From: Convolutriloba macropyga
Taxonomy: Eukaryota
Length of the DNA: 64,000 nt
Assembly: GCF_964194025.1 (NCBI RefSeq)
Contig: NC_134474.1
Coordinates: forward strand, 30,318,001-30,382,000
Direction: 5' to 3'
Shown here: positions 11,795 to 24,856 of the stretch, piece after piece
How positions within the stretch are numbered: position 1 is the stretch's first letter
Layout: every line of letters starts with the position of its first letter
Position numbers and translations under genes: made by a program
Notes under the pieces: generated by a model
Told to the model about the DNA's origin: nothing
Database searches by the model: none
Seen by the model: the letters and a program-made list of their open reading frames with translations, nothing else

Positions 11795-14472
11795 AAACAA
11801 GGCGGCTCGGTAATGTGCAATGGCACATAAGGTTCCGACCCCGCCCATCCACAATTTTGGCATAATTGTCTACCAAATGAGGAACAGATAGAAAAACCCA
11901 AAAATTATTTTTTGCGAATCCCAAAAAAGCCCAAGTCTTTTTCAAAAAATTCTGTATGAACGATAAGGTAACCTCCAAAACAAATAACTCAGTGGAGTAA
12001 AAATTGATGCATTAGATTGCTGTAATATGTCAATATTAAGAAAGCGAGTCAAAACGAACAGCAAAATCAAACAACAACAACAACAAACATTAATTATATC
12101 AAAAAATTTATGTCCCTCTTAAAAACTAAATTTAATAAAAAAAGTCAACATACCGTCAGATAAACCTGAAACTAAACAAAAATAACTTATAAATCACCAG
12201 AAAACATATGCGACCAGTCCATAAAAAGGTTTGGTAACAATTATACAAAAAAGAACAAAAACAGAAAAGTAAAAAAATTAACTTATTTTTTTGAAACAAT
12301 TAACTTCAAAGTAATAAATACCATTAGGAATAAATTAATATTACCACAAATTTGCTACTACCACTGCTTCTATAGAAGGGCATTAGGACCTGACCTTATT
12401 CATTTTTTAGAGCGGCTAAAAAGAACAACAAAGAACAAACAAAAATTCAATTGAAACTTGCCAGAAAACGCTGTCAAAACCGTCAAGCCAAATTTTGGCA
12501 CTCAAAATATATTTGATTGCGCCTTCTTCAAACAGCTATAATGTAGTACGTGGCCATTCATTAGTAAGACTAGGTAACAAGTAGACAAAAAAGCGAAGTG
12601 CTAAAGTATGTAATACTTTTAATTTTTTTTTTCGAAACAAAATTACATTCAATGTCATGAAAGGCATTAAATACAAAAAGAGCTATTTAAATATCGTCGT
12701 TTTTTCATGAAAAGGAAACCCTCGAGACCTGTAATTATCCAGAATATTTCTTGCATCTACAAAAAGAACGTCAAATATGACAAAATTCAAATTAATTTAA
12801 TTTTTTTTGTGAAAAAGCGGTGTCGAAGCCAGTAAGGTCATAACAAAATCTTTATAAAAAAGATTTTGGGACACCAATCCCTTTTATTCCCTTGACACCC
12901 ATAATGTCATATTTGACCTGTAATCAACTAACGAGATTAGGTAACAAAACGAAACATAAAAAGAACAAAATTGCGAAGTTAAAAAAGTTTTTTTTTAATT
13001 TTGGAGAACGATGGGTTTGAAAGTCATAAAAGCCATCAGCTATCTGCTAATATCAGAATATCTGTTTTTCTATTCTTCCATGAAAAGCCAATGAAAGCTA
13101 TCACTATACAGGAAATTTCATACGACCGAAACGACAAAGTATAAATGACAGTTAAGACAAAATTAAAAAATTCAATTGATTTCTTCAAGAAAGAGGCGTC
13201 GAGGCCATTAAAACGATGATTTATATCTTTCAGGATTTTAATATGTTCAATTGTGCTTTAATTTGAATGCTAATAACGTGACAAGAGAACTGTCAATAAT
13301 GTGATAATGTGACAAAATTAGAAAACGTGAAAACTGGCAAATTTCAAAACAAACAAAAATCTAAAATCTTGTAGTATCAAAGCCAGAAAACAATAATTTC
13401 AGGCTTAAAACTGCAACCGAGAATAAATGTTATTTCAGTAGAAAGAAGAAGCAGTCTTTTTTTGCTGACACTAAGCTGGAAGTTGAACAAATTAAGAGAA
13501 AAATAGAGGAAAAGTTAATTAAGCCATTATTTATTGAAAAGTCAATTATTTTTAAAAAAGAAACGACCATAAATTTTCAATTAAAAAATTAAATGCTTTA
13601 GCTTGGAGCTGTTTCGCAAGCGAATTGGTTGGACCTATCACTCCTGAGCTTTGATTTGATATGTTCTGTTCTTTATTATTAAAAAAAAAGTCTTTTTTTT
13701 TTAAAAAAAAAGATCGACTGATTACAACCCGATTTTTTTTGGATTGTAACAGTCCAAGAATGGCCCAAAACTACCCCTGTTAATACTTATTGTCCGTTAA
13801 GAACAATTGATTTTTCGAATGTTGTAGATATAGATAATTTCTGAGTTGAAACTCAAAATAAATTTTGCATTTTTGATAATCAACGAGTAAAGTTAGCAAA
13901 AAACGGCAAAGTTTTAACTACAAGGCACTCTCTGCGGACTGTGAAGTAAAAATAGCCCCCCTCTGAGTCTACAAAGATTGTATGAGTGTTGTTTGGGGGT
14001 GTAATGTAGGCAAATTTAATCAAATTGGACTAAAGTAGCTTATTTCGTGCTGTTGTTGATGAAAAAGGCTAAATTTTGAAATGTTTATCCAGATTTTTTG
14101 ACCAAAAAATTAAATCAAAACAATCAAAAATGCTTGTTCGTCTTCAAAAATAAAATCAACGACACTATTCTTAAAAATTATAACAAATTTTAGCAAAATT
14201 GACGAAAATTTAGGCAAAAATTCCGGAAAATGTGAATAAAAACAACGTGAATTCACTCTTCTTTTCTCAGAAGTTTAAGCCTCGATAACTCCCTGTAGAA
14301 AACGAAAATTAAAAAAATCTTTTTAATTCCATATTCTACGCTGGACGAGCTTTCTAATGATACCAGTCTCAACTCTCTACGATGAATATATCGAGCGGCG
14401 AAAATTCACGGAACAAAAAAAAACCAGTTGAGTATATAGTTCCTCCCCCCTCAAGAGGGTCGGAACAAAAAA
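11795..14472 (-). mobile_element. DINE-1/HINE-like non-autonomous Helentron with a decayed internal tandem array of about 175-bp units
   Basis: On the minus strand the 5' end is TTTTT-GTTCCGACCC (subTIR) plus partial IR GGAGGAAC. The 3' end is subTIR GGGTCGGAAC plus stem-loop ATGTGC-CATT-GCACAT plus TTGTTT. SubTIRs at 11832-11841 and 14457-14466. Confidence 0.8.
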
Positions 14473-14922
14473 TCTGACACAATTATCAATGAGACATGAG
14501 AAATTATAAACAAATGCAATTTTTGCTCAGCAGTCTTTTGAATCTGGTTTAATCGTAAGCAAAAAGTTTAAAGATCATGCTGAACAGACACAACAACATT
14601 GATATTGCTTTTTGGATTTCATTTTGGCCTGCGTATAATCGCATTCATTCACATGGACTACACCCTATTAACTCGGTTTTTTTCCATCAGCATCAAAGGC
14701 ATTGAACTCTCACGTTCGCTTCAGCGCAGCTAATGCCTCAAAAAAACCAACCAAAACGTTTTTTTTTTCAACGTTTATTACGGTAAACTTAATTGGAAAA
14801 TTAAGGGCCTTTGAGAGATGTACGTATGTTTTCTCCGCGGTCAGTAATTATATAAAATTCAAGCAATCAGCGCTGGAACAAAACTGGCTTGTATAAACAC
14901 ATGCACACACAAATGCAGAAAA

Positions 14923-14924
<2 letters not shown>

Positions 14925-14974
<50 letters not shown>
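14925..14974. repeat. (AT)n microsatellite
   Basis: About 25 AT units. Confidence 0.95.
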
Positions 14975-14981
<7 letters not shown>

Positions 14982-16024
14982 GAGAAAGAGAAGAGAGAAA
15001 AGGGCAAAGAGAGGAAAAAGTTTCACAACTTCAAACCTTCTATCATTTTTTGTTCAACAATCCGGTATATGGCGTACACTTCGTTCGAGCGTGATATACA
15101 AAAAGAATGAAAGATTCTGTCGGTGAAACAGTTGAAACAATTGTTTTGTTTATAATATTCATTCAATTTTTTGTGATGCATACGTCACAGTCGCCAAAAA
15201 TAGCTGATATCTAAAATTTCCCACTGCAATGGCTCACGAAAAGAGGATTAGCAGATCTCTGAAGAATTTCAGGAGTTTTGATAACTTATAGACGACTTTT
15301 TTAAAAAATATTGGCTGGTTTTCGCAAATTCAAAAAAAATTTTAAAATGATGTAAAATGAATAGAAAGCTTTATGAGCCACATCAAGTTTCAAAAGTTTG
15401 AAGGATATTGATTCTTCTGCAAGTTCCTCAATTTTGCTAAAGATACGATGGAGGCTCATATAATTTTACAATAACAATATTTTTGAATGGTTTTAAAAGA
15501 CTTCAAAACTTAGAGAAAAAGCATACGCACGCATTTCTGAGTTCTGCTTTTACGAAAAGGCCTTCAAGACTCGATTCTAGAACCAGATAATTTGGCAGGA
15601 GCGCACATTATTCTCTGATAAATGTTGGGAGCCTTTCAGTAAAAAACTCGCTGTTAGGCAGGTCGCCACCCATAAAGTCTGATTATAAGTCTGATTAGTC
15701 CCCCAGTCAAAATTGACCAACAAAAGCAAAAGAACAAAGCGATTTAAAAAATGAGAGAAAAGTTTCAGAACAAATTTAACCGCTTATTTTTATACCAATT
15801 TTAAAACACTAACGTATTTTTGGCGATATAGCTTTAATGTTATGTAGTCCGGGTGACCTCTATTGAATATCAATTTATAAGCCACATACACTCTCTATAG
15901 TAAAAAAAAAAACGAGTACAATTGTCGGTTTTACTGAATGAGGTGAGTCATGTGTGTCATTTTTATCACTTGTTTGATGAACCTAGAAACTCATATAAAT
16001 GCATTAACTGATGACGTCAACTAC

Positions 16025-16893
16025 CCCAGGCGAGACGGGATGGTTATCTCGCAAGATCTTGTAAGAGTCTTGTAAAAAAGGGTTATGTTGCAAGACGAAT
16101 AATTATCTTGCAAGATCTCGCAAGGAGATGACTATTTTGCAAGATCTTGCAAGATGAACGGTTAGCTTGCAAGATTCTTGCAAAAAATCAAAGACCCCAA
16201 ATAATGAATAAATTAAATATGAGATCAACCAGTTATGTATAAAACGTTGCTGAGTTGAATTTTTGTCGAAAATGAAGTGCATTTGAAAAACAAAAACTAC
16301 ACACTAAATAAAAGTAAGGTAAACTATTTGATAACGTATTTGAAATATACGTTTCCACAAAAATAGTTCAATGATCATTTCAATGGTTCATTTTGTCAAA
16401 ACCAAGTGTGAATTAATTTTTAAGCACTGAGAAATGTCATAAAAAGCATCCAGTGGCTTTCAGCTTATGATATATATTGTTTTAGTAGACTTTTTTTTCT
16501 GCAAATAACAATTTCTGTGCGTCCATTCATTTTGAATGATCATTAGGTAGCAAATGTCAGTAGTCAGTTGATAGTGAGAAAACACATAAGTCATGCAACA
16601 ACTTCAACCATACGTTTCCTGTTGCGATAACATAAGTTTTCAGTCTATGACTAGGTCTCTAGGATGTAGGACGTTTTCTTGCGCTAAAAATGGTTATTTT
16701 GCAAGATCTTGCAAACCGAATGTTTATATTGCAAGATCCTTGCAAGTCGAATGGCTATTTTGCAAGATTCTCGCCCGACGATTGCTATCTTGCAAGATCT
16801 TGCAAGAAAATCTTGCAAGACGATGCATCGTCTTGCAAGATCTTGCAAGAATCTTGCAAGATCCTGCAAGATAACCATTCGATTCCGACTGGG
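16025..16893. mobile_element. CMC/EnSpm-type MITE with TCTTGCAAGA subterminal repeats
   Basis: CCCAGGCGAGACGGGATGGTTATCTCGCAAG ... CCTGCAAGATAACCATTCGATTCCGACTGGG. Many palindromic TCTTGCAAGA units lie near both ends. Confidence 0.8.
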
Positions 16894-17415
16894 GTACGCA
16901 AGAGAAGCTGCTGAATGGGAGAAGTCAACAAAAGGGCTCCTTAACTTTAGTGCGTGTGCAATTACTTTTAATAAAAACAACAAATCGAAAATGAACGCAA
17001 AAAAAGCTGCTGGACACGATCTGTAAGACAATCTAAACAGTTGGAAGAAATGCTTAAAAATCCTTGACCTGGTTGACAGACCAATTAAAAATTACGATCC
17101 AAGCATACAAAAAAAAACATTTCCATAGAGTTCAGATGTACAAAAAAAGCGTAATTATACTGTGTATATTTTTGGCGTTTTTGGAGTTGAGAACCAACAT
17201 TTCCTATATGGAAAACTCATACGTGAGAGAAAAATAAAACATTTAGGGGGAATAAAAGGGCAGCTGCAAGCAAGCCGCTGTTTGTGTAATATTTTTCCCT
17301 TGCAATCAATGAGAAACGAAATATTATTATTATAATTATCATATTTCAGGTAGTGTGCACTATTGCGGTTCTCAAATAAGTCGCCATAATTCGAATGGCA
17401 TGTTGCTCGCCTTAC

Positions 17416-17603
17416 TTGTTATGCTTCATTTGTAGTACAAAAGCGTGTTGATCTGCCATCTGTTCAGCTGTGATTTGTGCCTTGTGTCTGAGAGTATAGA
17501 GTGCCAGCTGCAACTGCTGTGCTTTTAGAGCGGCGTCTTTTGACTTAATCTGCTCCTTCTTCATCCCTTTTTCCTTCTGACTCTTCTCCACCGCTTTTGA
17601 CAC
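17416..17603 (-). CDS. KIF6: KIF6-like kinesin, exon 3 (coiled coil VSKAVEKSQKEK...QMKHN)
   Basis: Acceptor TTGTAG|GTG at 17604/17603 (phase 0). Donor AA|GTAAGG at 17416/17415 (phase 2). Confidence 0.75.
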
Positions 17604-17780
17604 CTACAATGAATCCTTTTGTTTCCCGAATAAAAATGACGGGAAAAATTTTACGATTCTTGACCCCCTCACCCAGCTTGTGTGCACATTAATCGCACCC
17701 CCAAGTGCACGTGCCATGTCTTACATAATGATCATTATGTAATGGTAAGTGCTCTAGAATTGAGGGATGCATAAGGTACT

Positions 17781-18190
17781 CCCAGGTACAGTTTCCAGAC
17801 GGATGTGACCTCTGATCAGACACAAGTTGAGAGCATACGGTGCGTTTCCGCCAGACCGAAATTACAGGGTCTGCAAATGGGTTCGAGCGAACAAAAGTCG
17901 GGTCTTTCCCATTATAGCCCTCATGAAAAATTATAATCCCCATTATTGTATTATTATCATGATTGGGGGGAGGGGGGGGGGGGGGGGCTGTAACGCGAAA
18001 GACCCCAAAAATCTGGCCATTGATATGATTTTGGTCTGATCAGAGGTGACTTCCGTCTGGGATGCTCATCGGAGAAAACTTCCAGCGCACGTCAAATGCA
18101 CACGCACACAAATTTTCGAGCGCACAAAAGTTTGATCAGAGGTTACTATGGCGTGCAATGGTCTGATCTGAGGGCACAGATGGAAAAGAG
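17781..18190. mobile_element. Decayed CMC MITE of the TCTGATCAGA family (same family as 55019-55764)
   Basis: Starts CCCAGG...GTGACCTCTGATCAGAC and is colinear with the 55 kb copy. Right end eroded; carries a nested Merlin-like MITE. Confidence 0.7.
17900..18005. mobile_element. Merlin-like MITE (GGGTCTTTCCCAT family) nested in a CMC MITE
   Basis: CAAAAGTC|GGGTCTTTC...GAAAGACCC|CAAAAATC, an 8-bp TSD matching at 7/8. Confidence 0.75.
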
Positions 18191-18687
18191 CCTCAAAATG
18201 TTATATGCAATTGGAATTTGGTGGGATAGTTACAAGATAAGTTACGGTACTCTGCTTTAAGTCACAGGAAACTTTCGGCCGATAAATAAAACAGCAACTC
18301 ATGGTTTGGGGAGGAAAGTAACCCTGCTCACAAAACGAAGATTCTCAAAATTCATGGGCACAACTACTGACTATTTACGCAGGAACTTCTGGTATTTGAA
18401 GTTCTGGCTTTGTAAACTTTAGGCATTTTGAAACCAAATAAAGTCCACGTACTTATTTCTCAAGGAAATCAATGATCGCCATTTAAAAAGATTTTAAACT
18501 TTGGGGTTCGACCAGAATTGAAATGTGATGATCAGCAAACCCGATGACCAGAATAATTTTGAACAGCAAAAATATAGGAAAAGTAATCAGAATTTTGAGG
18601 ACCAAAAACAATATGCAACTGAATTGTTCAAATGGATTGCTGAATCAATTTCAAAAAACAATTGATAATCAATAGAAAATATCTTAC

Positions 18688-19118
18688 CTTTTGTATTTCC
18701 CTTATGGTTTTCTTATCATACGGTGACAAGTATCCATTCTTTTTCCCATTTCTGCTGTAAATGGACTCCAAATCTTTAAAATCCTCTGACAATTTAGACT
18801 CATCAGCATCTTGAACCGAAAATGATCTTTCAGAATTGCGGACAAACGATGTTTCCATCGATCTGTTTCCTCTAACAGACGACCGCGGTTGAGATCTGTA
18901 ACTTGTACTCTGGTCTCGGAAGGAATACGCCGCAGATTGGCGAGTGGAACTTCTTCTGGCAGTTGTGACAGGTCTCGCTGATGTAGGCTGTGACATCCGG
19001 GAGGTCTCCATGACTGAGAAACTAGTGCACATGGATTTGAGTTGTCTATTATTGCATTTTTCACAGTTACTCACTTCTGATGTCAGGTAATCAATTTGAT
19101 TGTTGTGCATCTGACGAA
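18688..19118 (-). CDS. KIF6: KIF6-like kinesin, exon 2 (Ser/Arg-rich)
   Basis: Branch point CTAAC and acceptor TTTAG|TT at 19119/19118 (phase 1, matching TAC A|GTGAGT of exon 1). Donor AAG|GTAAGA at 18688/18687 (phase 0). Confidence 0.75.
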
Positions 19119-20976
19119 CTAAACGGAATGTCTTCAATCGGTTAGTTTAAAGGAAGAATCCACAAAGGTTTAAAGTCATGGAAATTGAGTTTCTATAGAT
19201 ACTAAATAAGCAGTCGAGAAAATGTTTTAAAGGAGATGATTTCATATGAATAAACTGGTACCTTTAATTGCCGGGTCAAAACTCTTCCTAAATTTTCTTC
19301 CTATTTTTAAGCAGGAGGGGGGGGGGGCAAATTATTCAAGAAGGAGGGGACAACTTCTCCAGGTCGTAAAATTATGCGAATATGACTGCAAATGGTGGAT
19401 TTTTGAAGAACCGCCCGGAGGCCAGAGTTCTGACTAAGCTGCAATGTGCTGCGGCAGGAAGCCTTTTGGAAAATTACCCCTCCTAACTGGAAAACGTTAA
19501 AGCCAGACCAGCACGGCTGTTATCTGCTTGGGTGGGGATTATTTTATATTTGCCTTACTCAAACCTAATCGTTTCATTTAGACTCAGATTTAATTTCGAA
19601 TAATTCATTTAGAAATCTTTATAGCTCACTCCAGTAGGTCATCTAGCGTTGATATTTGATGTTCCCGTGCTATTTATAGTAGGGCATTTCTAACCATAAC
19701 ATGTCTGTTAGTCGCAATATAATATGAACAATAATATCTCAACATATTTATTATAACACAACTGTCATTCAAATGGCGCGAATATATCTGTATAAGTAAT
19801 GATTGCTTTGCAAATATAATTCGGATCAATCAGAAATTTAAATAAACTTAAAAATAGAATTGGTATGCCAGACCTCGGCCAACAAGCGTGAACACACCCC
19901 CCCCCCCCCCATGGCAGCTGTTAACTTTTCTCTGTCCACTTTGAGAGACAACAAGAGATTTTCAAGAGTTTCTTGTGCTGTGCGTACCTGTAAATGCTTG
20001 TATGGTTGTTAAATATTAGATTACAAAACAGTAGTTTATACCCGCATTCATCATCAAAGTTGCAAGAACCCAGGGTACAATTTTGTCGTTTGCTAAAACT
20101 TGCGGCAACTTAGTTTAAAAGATTTGAAATAAGAGTTGAAGAAGTTAAAATCTTTTTTTTTGCTTTAAACTTGTTATCCTAATTTAGGAAAAGAAAATTT
20201 GGGCTAAATAATTAGACTTAATTACTTTTAACACTTGAACCAAACCGCTATAAATAGTCGGCTGCTTCGCTACCGGAGACTGAGGCGTTTAGTTTATTTC
20301 AACTCCTGTTTATTATTAAGAAGAAAACTTTTCTTTCACTTATCTGCAAAATTGTACTCTTAACTTTAATTTCAAATGAAATTCAACATTTTTGTACGTT
20401 TTGGTTCTTTTTAAATACCTTAGAACAAAATCTTAGCCCCCTGACGGCTCGTCCCTCAGCATTCGGGCGCAAACACCATCGTTTAATGGTACTAAATCCC
20501 TCTCGCAAATTAGATATTGTTCTAACATATACGTCTGGCACGATTGAACTCATCTATGACAGGGAAGCAAAATTTTTGGCATCGAATGTCACAAAAACTG
20601 AATATAGAGATATGACTTTTACAGTGAATTATGAAAATGAACTCAATAAATTTGAGCTAAATAACAAGAGAAAGGGTTGGGTGTTAAACGGTTACGGACC
20701 GTTTACAGCAGCCCCAATTAAAGTATTAGTGGGGTTGCAATGATATCACTTTTTGAGATTTCTTCCCATTGAACACACACTTGTGCATTATTTTGCCCCT
20801 ATTTGGCGATCCATTGTAGTTCAAACAAAGGTACGAGTTTTTGATCTGCATTCTTCTAGAATAATTGTGATTACGGACAATTTCTTAGTGACCCCCCCCC
20901 CCCCCACCTCATGCACAGCTTTGAGTGCGGTTTTGTTCTAAACGGCTGAGTTTATAAGTAATGCCTAAATAAATAA

Positions 20977-21140
20977 GGGATCTTTTCCGTTTATGCCCCC
21001 CCCCCAGCTTAGTGGGCGCATATAATTTTGCACCCCCAGAGGCACGTGCTTCTTTTTTACATAATGATTTACCATGTAATGGCACGTGCTCTTTAACTGG
21101 GGGAGCAAAACGTACTGGGGAGGCACAAACGGAATAGACC
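20977..21140. mobile_element. Merlin-like MITE (GGATCTTTTCCGTTT family)
   Basis: ATAAATAA|GGGATCTTTTCCGTTTATGCC...GGCACAAACGGAATAGACC|ATAAATAA, a perfect 8-bp TSD. Confidence 0.8.
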
Positions 21141-21198
21141 ATAAATAAATATTACCTTGAATTGCTATAAAGGGAAACATGCATAACAGCGGACTCAC

Positions 21199-22483
21199 TG
21201 TAGATCATGCTTTCTTGCACCTGGTTCCAAGTCTTCAAGTGATCAGGAAACACCTTGTCCAGTCTTCCCTCTATAAATTCATGACTCACTCGCCAGCAGT
21301 TATCCTTGTCCTCCTCAGATAGTGGTGGATTTTTACCCTCCAACGCTCTGATCTCAGCCTCCAGCTCGTTTATTCTCGATTTGAGTTTTTTCACTAAAAT
21401 CTTCTGGTCAACTTGGTCGTTTCGCTTAGCAAAGTTGGCGACTAGAGCAACTCGTTGGGCAAAACGACATGTTGATATGGATTCACCCAAATTGCTGGTA
21501 TCCAGGTGTAAATTGGCAATCATGGCAGTGACGCAATTGCCCCCCAAACTATCACGAAGTATCATAGTCAACTGCGAGTTTCGATAGGGTATGTGGAGTT
21601 TTCTGGTATGGGCTTTGTTGGTTCCACACAAGCGTTGTTCCAGTTGTAACGCTAAGATTACTTGTTCTAAATAGTGAAGAGATAAATTTATAGATTGAGC
21701 TTCGCGAAGAACTTTGCCTCGAGCTTTCGTTTTTGAAACTCTTTCAGAACCCGCCAAGTCCACAATATGCAATTTGGAAAACGTTTTTGTCTCAGATTGA
21801 ACTTTCTGTGTTGTGAGATACAGAGTAAAAATACCGTGCGATCGAGACGAAATTAAGTTAGCGGAAGTTTCTGCAACTTGTCTGTTTGAAACTGCTCGAG
21901 CAAAAAGCTGCTGGGCTATTTTTTCTGTCGGTGCTGGGATACAGCTTAAGTTCTGGAAAAATGAAACACCCCCTCCACCCTCCCGGACAGCAATTCTGGG
22001 GAAACTGGAATGCCCATTTTTACCAACTACCGGGTTGAGTAAGTCGTAAGCCGCTTCTTGGTATATTTCAATATACGAAATCTGTATTTCTACATGCTCA
22101 TCACGACGTTGTTCCAGACATTCGTAGATGTGAGATAATGAACGCTGCGATATTCCCAAATTTGAAAGGTCATTTTTCTTGCCTTCCACAGTGAAAGACT
22201 TGCCCGAAGCTGTTTGCCCGTATGCAAATATGGTAGCGTTGAAGCCCTGGATAAATTGATTGAGTAACCCGCTATCGCAGGCAATCTTGTTAAACACCTG
22301 TTCCTGATTGCAGCTTCTGTCGAACACGTGTGAGAATTGGAAGTCGTATGTGATTGGGTGATTGGTTGCACCGGTGACGGACAGTTCACTAAATTGGGCT
22401 GTGATGGACTTTTCGCCCAGAATGAAGAACTCGCTAGGGGTGACATCTGATCTGGGTCGTGCAAATACTTTGATATGGGCCAT
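21199..22483 (-). CDS. KIF6: Kinesin-9 family, KIF6-like protein, exon 1 (entire motor domain and neck coiled coil)
   Basis: P-loop IFAYGQTASGKS, switch I SSRSH, switch II DLAGSERV. KIF6-type segments INLSLHYLEQVILAL, HIPYRNS..LRDSLGGNC and ESISTCRFAQRVAL. Donor A|GTGAGT at 21199/21198. Confidence 0.9.
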
Positions 22484-23552
22484 TTTGATGATGTTCTGGG
22501 TGAAGTTCCGGGTTCTTTTTCCGGGATTATTTTTTAAGAAAATCTAATTGTGGTGTTCAATTGATATTCAGGTACATGCGTACATAAATAGTAGCATTTT
22601 ATTAAAGTAATAATTGGCTGAAAAAGCACGACAATCGTTAAGAGAACTACTAAAATAAGCCTTAGCAAAGAACTGTTAACATGATTACAGAGAGTTTGGA
22701 TCCGCCTCCCCCGTACGCCACAACCCCCCCCCCCCCCGTTACAGAGCACGTGTCATTACATAGTAAATCTATGTAAAAATATGTCGTGTACTTTTGGTGG
22801 GTTCATAGGGGGGTCCAAATAGGCGCCCACTAAATTGCCCAGGCAGTAACCAAAATGAAAAAGTTGGAGGGGCTCTTACCCAAAACTAACTAAGATAGAA
22901 TGATGAAGAACCCGTTCCTTTCAATATCAGCCCGTTCTGGTCTTCGGTACTGTGGGAAATATGCAAATGTCAACTAACTTTTTTGCGCGAATCTTGATAT
23001 TAACAATCTGAGTTGGTGGTATCGATTATCTCAAGTCTTTTCAGCTTTATTATTGACAAGCAGCTTCACCATTGTATACGTCTCTCTATATTTGTTTCTT
23101 TATGACGTTCAAAATGTATGTGCAGTTGCAGTAAGCTACGAATAAATTAAGATGGTGTCTCTAAACTGCTTTATACCAAGGACAAAGATTTATGTAAAAT
23201 GATGAATGAGTAATGGTACAGAAAAATTACATGAAAATAAAAGTTCTGCTGTTTTGTTTTTCAAGTAAATAAGGGTTTGTCGGATTTTTGCACGAGCCTT
23301 TGAACTTTGACGCAAATTTTGAAACATTTTGAGAATAATTTGCTTGCCTAACAGTAGCACGCTATATTATTTGTTGCTAATACTAAATACTTATATAAGT
23401 TAAAGTATTAATTGCTTCAATACGTTTTAAACTTTTTCTTAGCCAATTTGATTGTATTTTAGTTATATTTTTAGTTTCGGGATCTATTCTGGTGGAAATT
23501 GTAATCTGCAATTAAACCCTAATCATTGAAGAATTTAAAATCTTGCAAAATC

Positions 23553-23717
23553 GGATCTTTTCTGTTTTTGGCCCCCCAGCTTAGTGAACATGAATTTTTT
23601 TATGACCCCCAGGCGCACGCGCTATTTTCTTACACGTGCTATATAACAACATATAATTCGTAACGGGGGGGGGGGGGTCATAATAACACTGGGGGGGGGG
23701 GGGGACAGAATAGATCC
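23553..23717. mobile_element. Merlin-like MITE (GGATC family) inserted in a remnant of the TCTTGCAAGA CMC element
   Basis: GGATCTTTTCTGT...ACAGAATAGATCC with flanks CAAAATC / CAAATATC. TCTTGCAA motifs occur on both sides. Confidence 0.7.
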
Positions 23718-24506
23718 CAAATATCTTGCAAGCAATCTTACAAGGGATACATACTAATTGCGATCGGCTTTCAAGGTTCTTGCAAGATTTGAATCTGCTC
23801 ATCACTAGGGAAGCTTAGCATGATAATTTTTTATCTCACACATTACTAATTTTGAACCGTTTTTTTTTTAAATTTTGCCATCCCCCGTTCCCCGCCCAGG
23901 GAGTTTAAAAACCCTGGGTCTTTCCCATTAAAGGCTCCCCTCCCCATCGCGCATCACCGTCGCAAATATATGGCCATAATTTCATGGGGGATATAATGGC
24001 AATGAACAAAACCCATTCCATAAACTCAGCTCACAGGTGAGTAGAAATGAATTATGAGCACATCAAGGGAAGGGGTCGAAGAAGCAGCTTTGGGTTGAGG
24101 ACTAATGTCGTTGTTAAATTATTGGGGCTCGTTTTTCAGACAAAATGATAAAAGAAACTAGAACATCATCTCGATTGGATGGTACTCGAGTAAGAGCATC
24201 TCAACAGAGTAGATCTAGCAGTTTTCAAATCAGCCAATCACAGCAATCTGTTTCCTTTTTCACTCCTTTTTTAATTTTAATCAGCAAATACATTCAATTT
24301 CGAAAATATGGCATCTTTTCCCCCAAATAACGCCCCGTTTGCCACAAATCGGGGCTTTACTTTTGCGGTGGCTTATATTGGGGAAAGTCGGGTCTAATGG
24401 GAAAGACCCGGAGAAAATATTGGCTATCTATTCCTTCAGTCGAAATAATACAGTACGTCTGCAGACCAAACAAAATTACATCAATAGCGCTTCTCTTGAT
24501 TTTTTT

Positions 24507-24682
24507 GGGGGCTATAGGTTATCTGACCACTAAGCTGGGGGGGGGGGGGGGCTATAGGTTATCTGACCACTAAGCTGGGGGGGGGGGGGCTATAGGTTAT
24601 CTGACCACTAAGCTGGGGGGGCTATAGGTTATCTGACCACTAAGCTTGGGGGGGGGGGGGGGCGCTATTATGGGAAAGACCC
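24507..24682. repeat. Four tandem copies of GCTATAGGTTATCTGACCACTAAGCT separated by poly-G, ending in a Merlin-like TIR (GGGAAAGACCC)
   Basis: Cores at 24511, 24551, 24589 and 24621. An inverted copy lies at about 26190-26235. Confidence 0.9.
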
Positions 24683-24697
24683 GAAAAGATAAAGAAA

Positions 24698-24856
24698 TCC
24701 AGTTTGTGCTCCCCCATTCGAGCTTAGTGGGAGCATATTATTAGCAACCGCCAGAAGCACGTACCATATTTTTTTTACAAAATGATTTACTATGTAATGG
24801 CACCTGTTCTGTAACGGGGGGGGGGGGGTATAACGGGGCACAAACGGAAAAGATCC
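24698..24856. mobile_element. Merlin-like MITE (GGATC family), left end eroded
   Basis: Ends GGGGCACAAACGGAAAAGATCC. Internal core (CTTAGTGGG...GCACGT...ATGATTTACTATGTAATGGCAC) is shared with 20977-21140. Confidence 0.7.

Noticed and set aside
16593-17031. Overlapping ORFs with LQDLAR/SCKI repeats
   Set aside because: Translation of the palindromic TCTTGCAAGA repeats of a MITE.
17604-18687. Kinesin intron 2 as a second introner (AG|GT at both junctions)
   Set aside because: The duplication is limited to the 4-nt protosplice site and no TIRs lie inside the junctions.
21152-21198. Kinesin ending at stop 21152 as a 443-aa single-exon protein
   Set aside because: A strong GTGAGT donor at 21198 splices in phase to downstream coiled-coil exons.
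24507-24665. CRISPR-like array of identical 26-bp repeats
   Set aside because: The spacers are only poly-G, the context is eukaryotic and there are no cas genes. It is a MITE-internal minisatellite.
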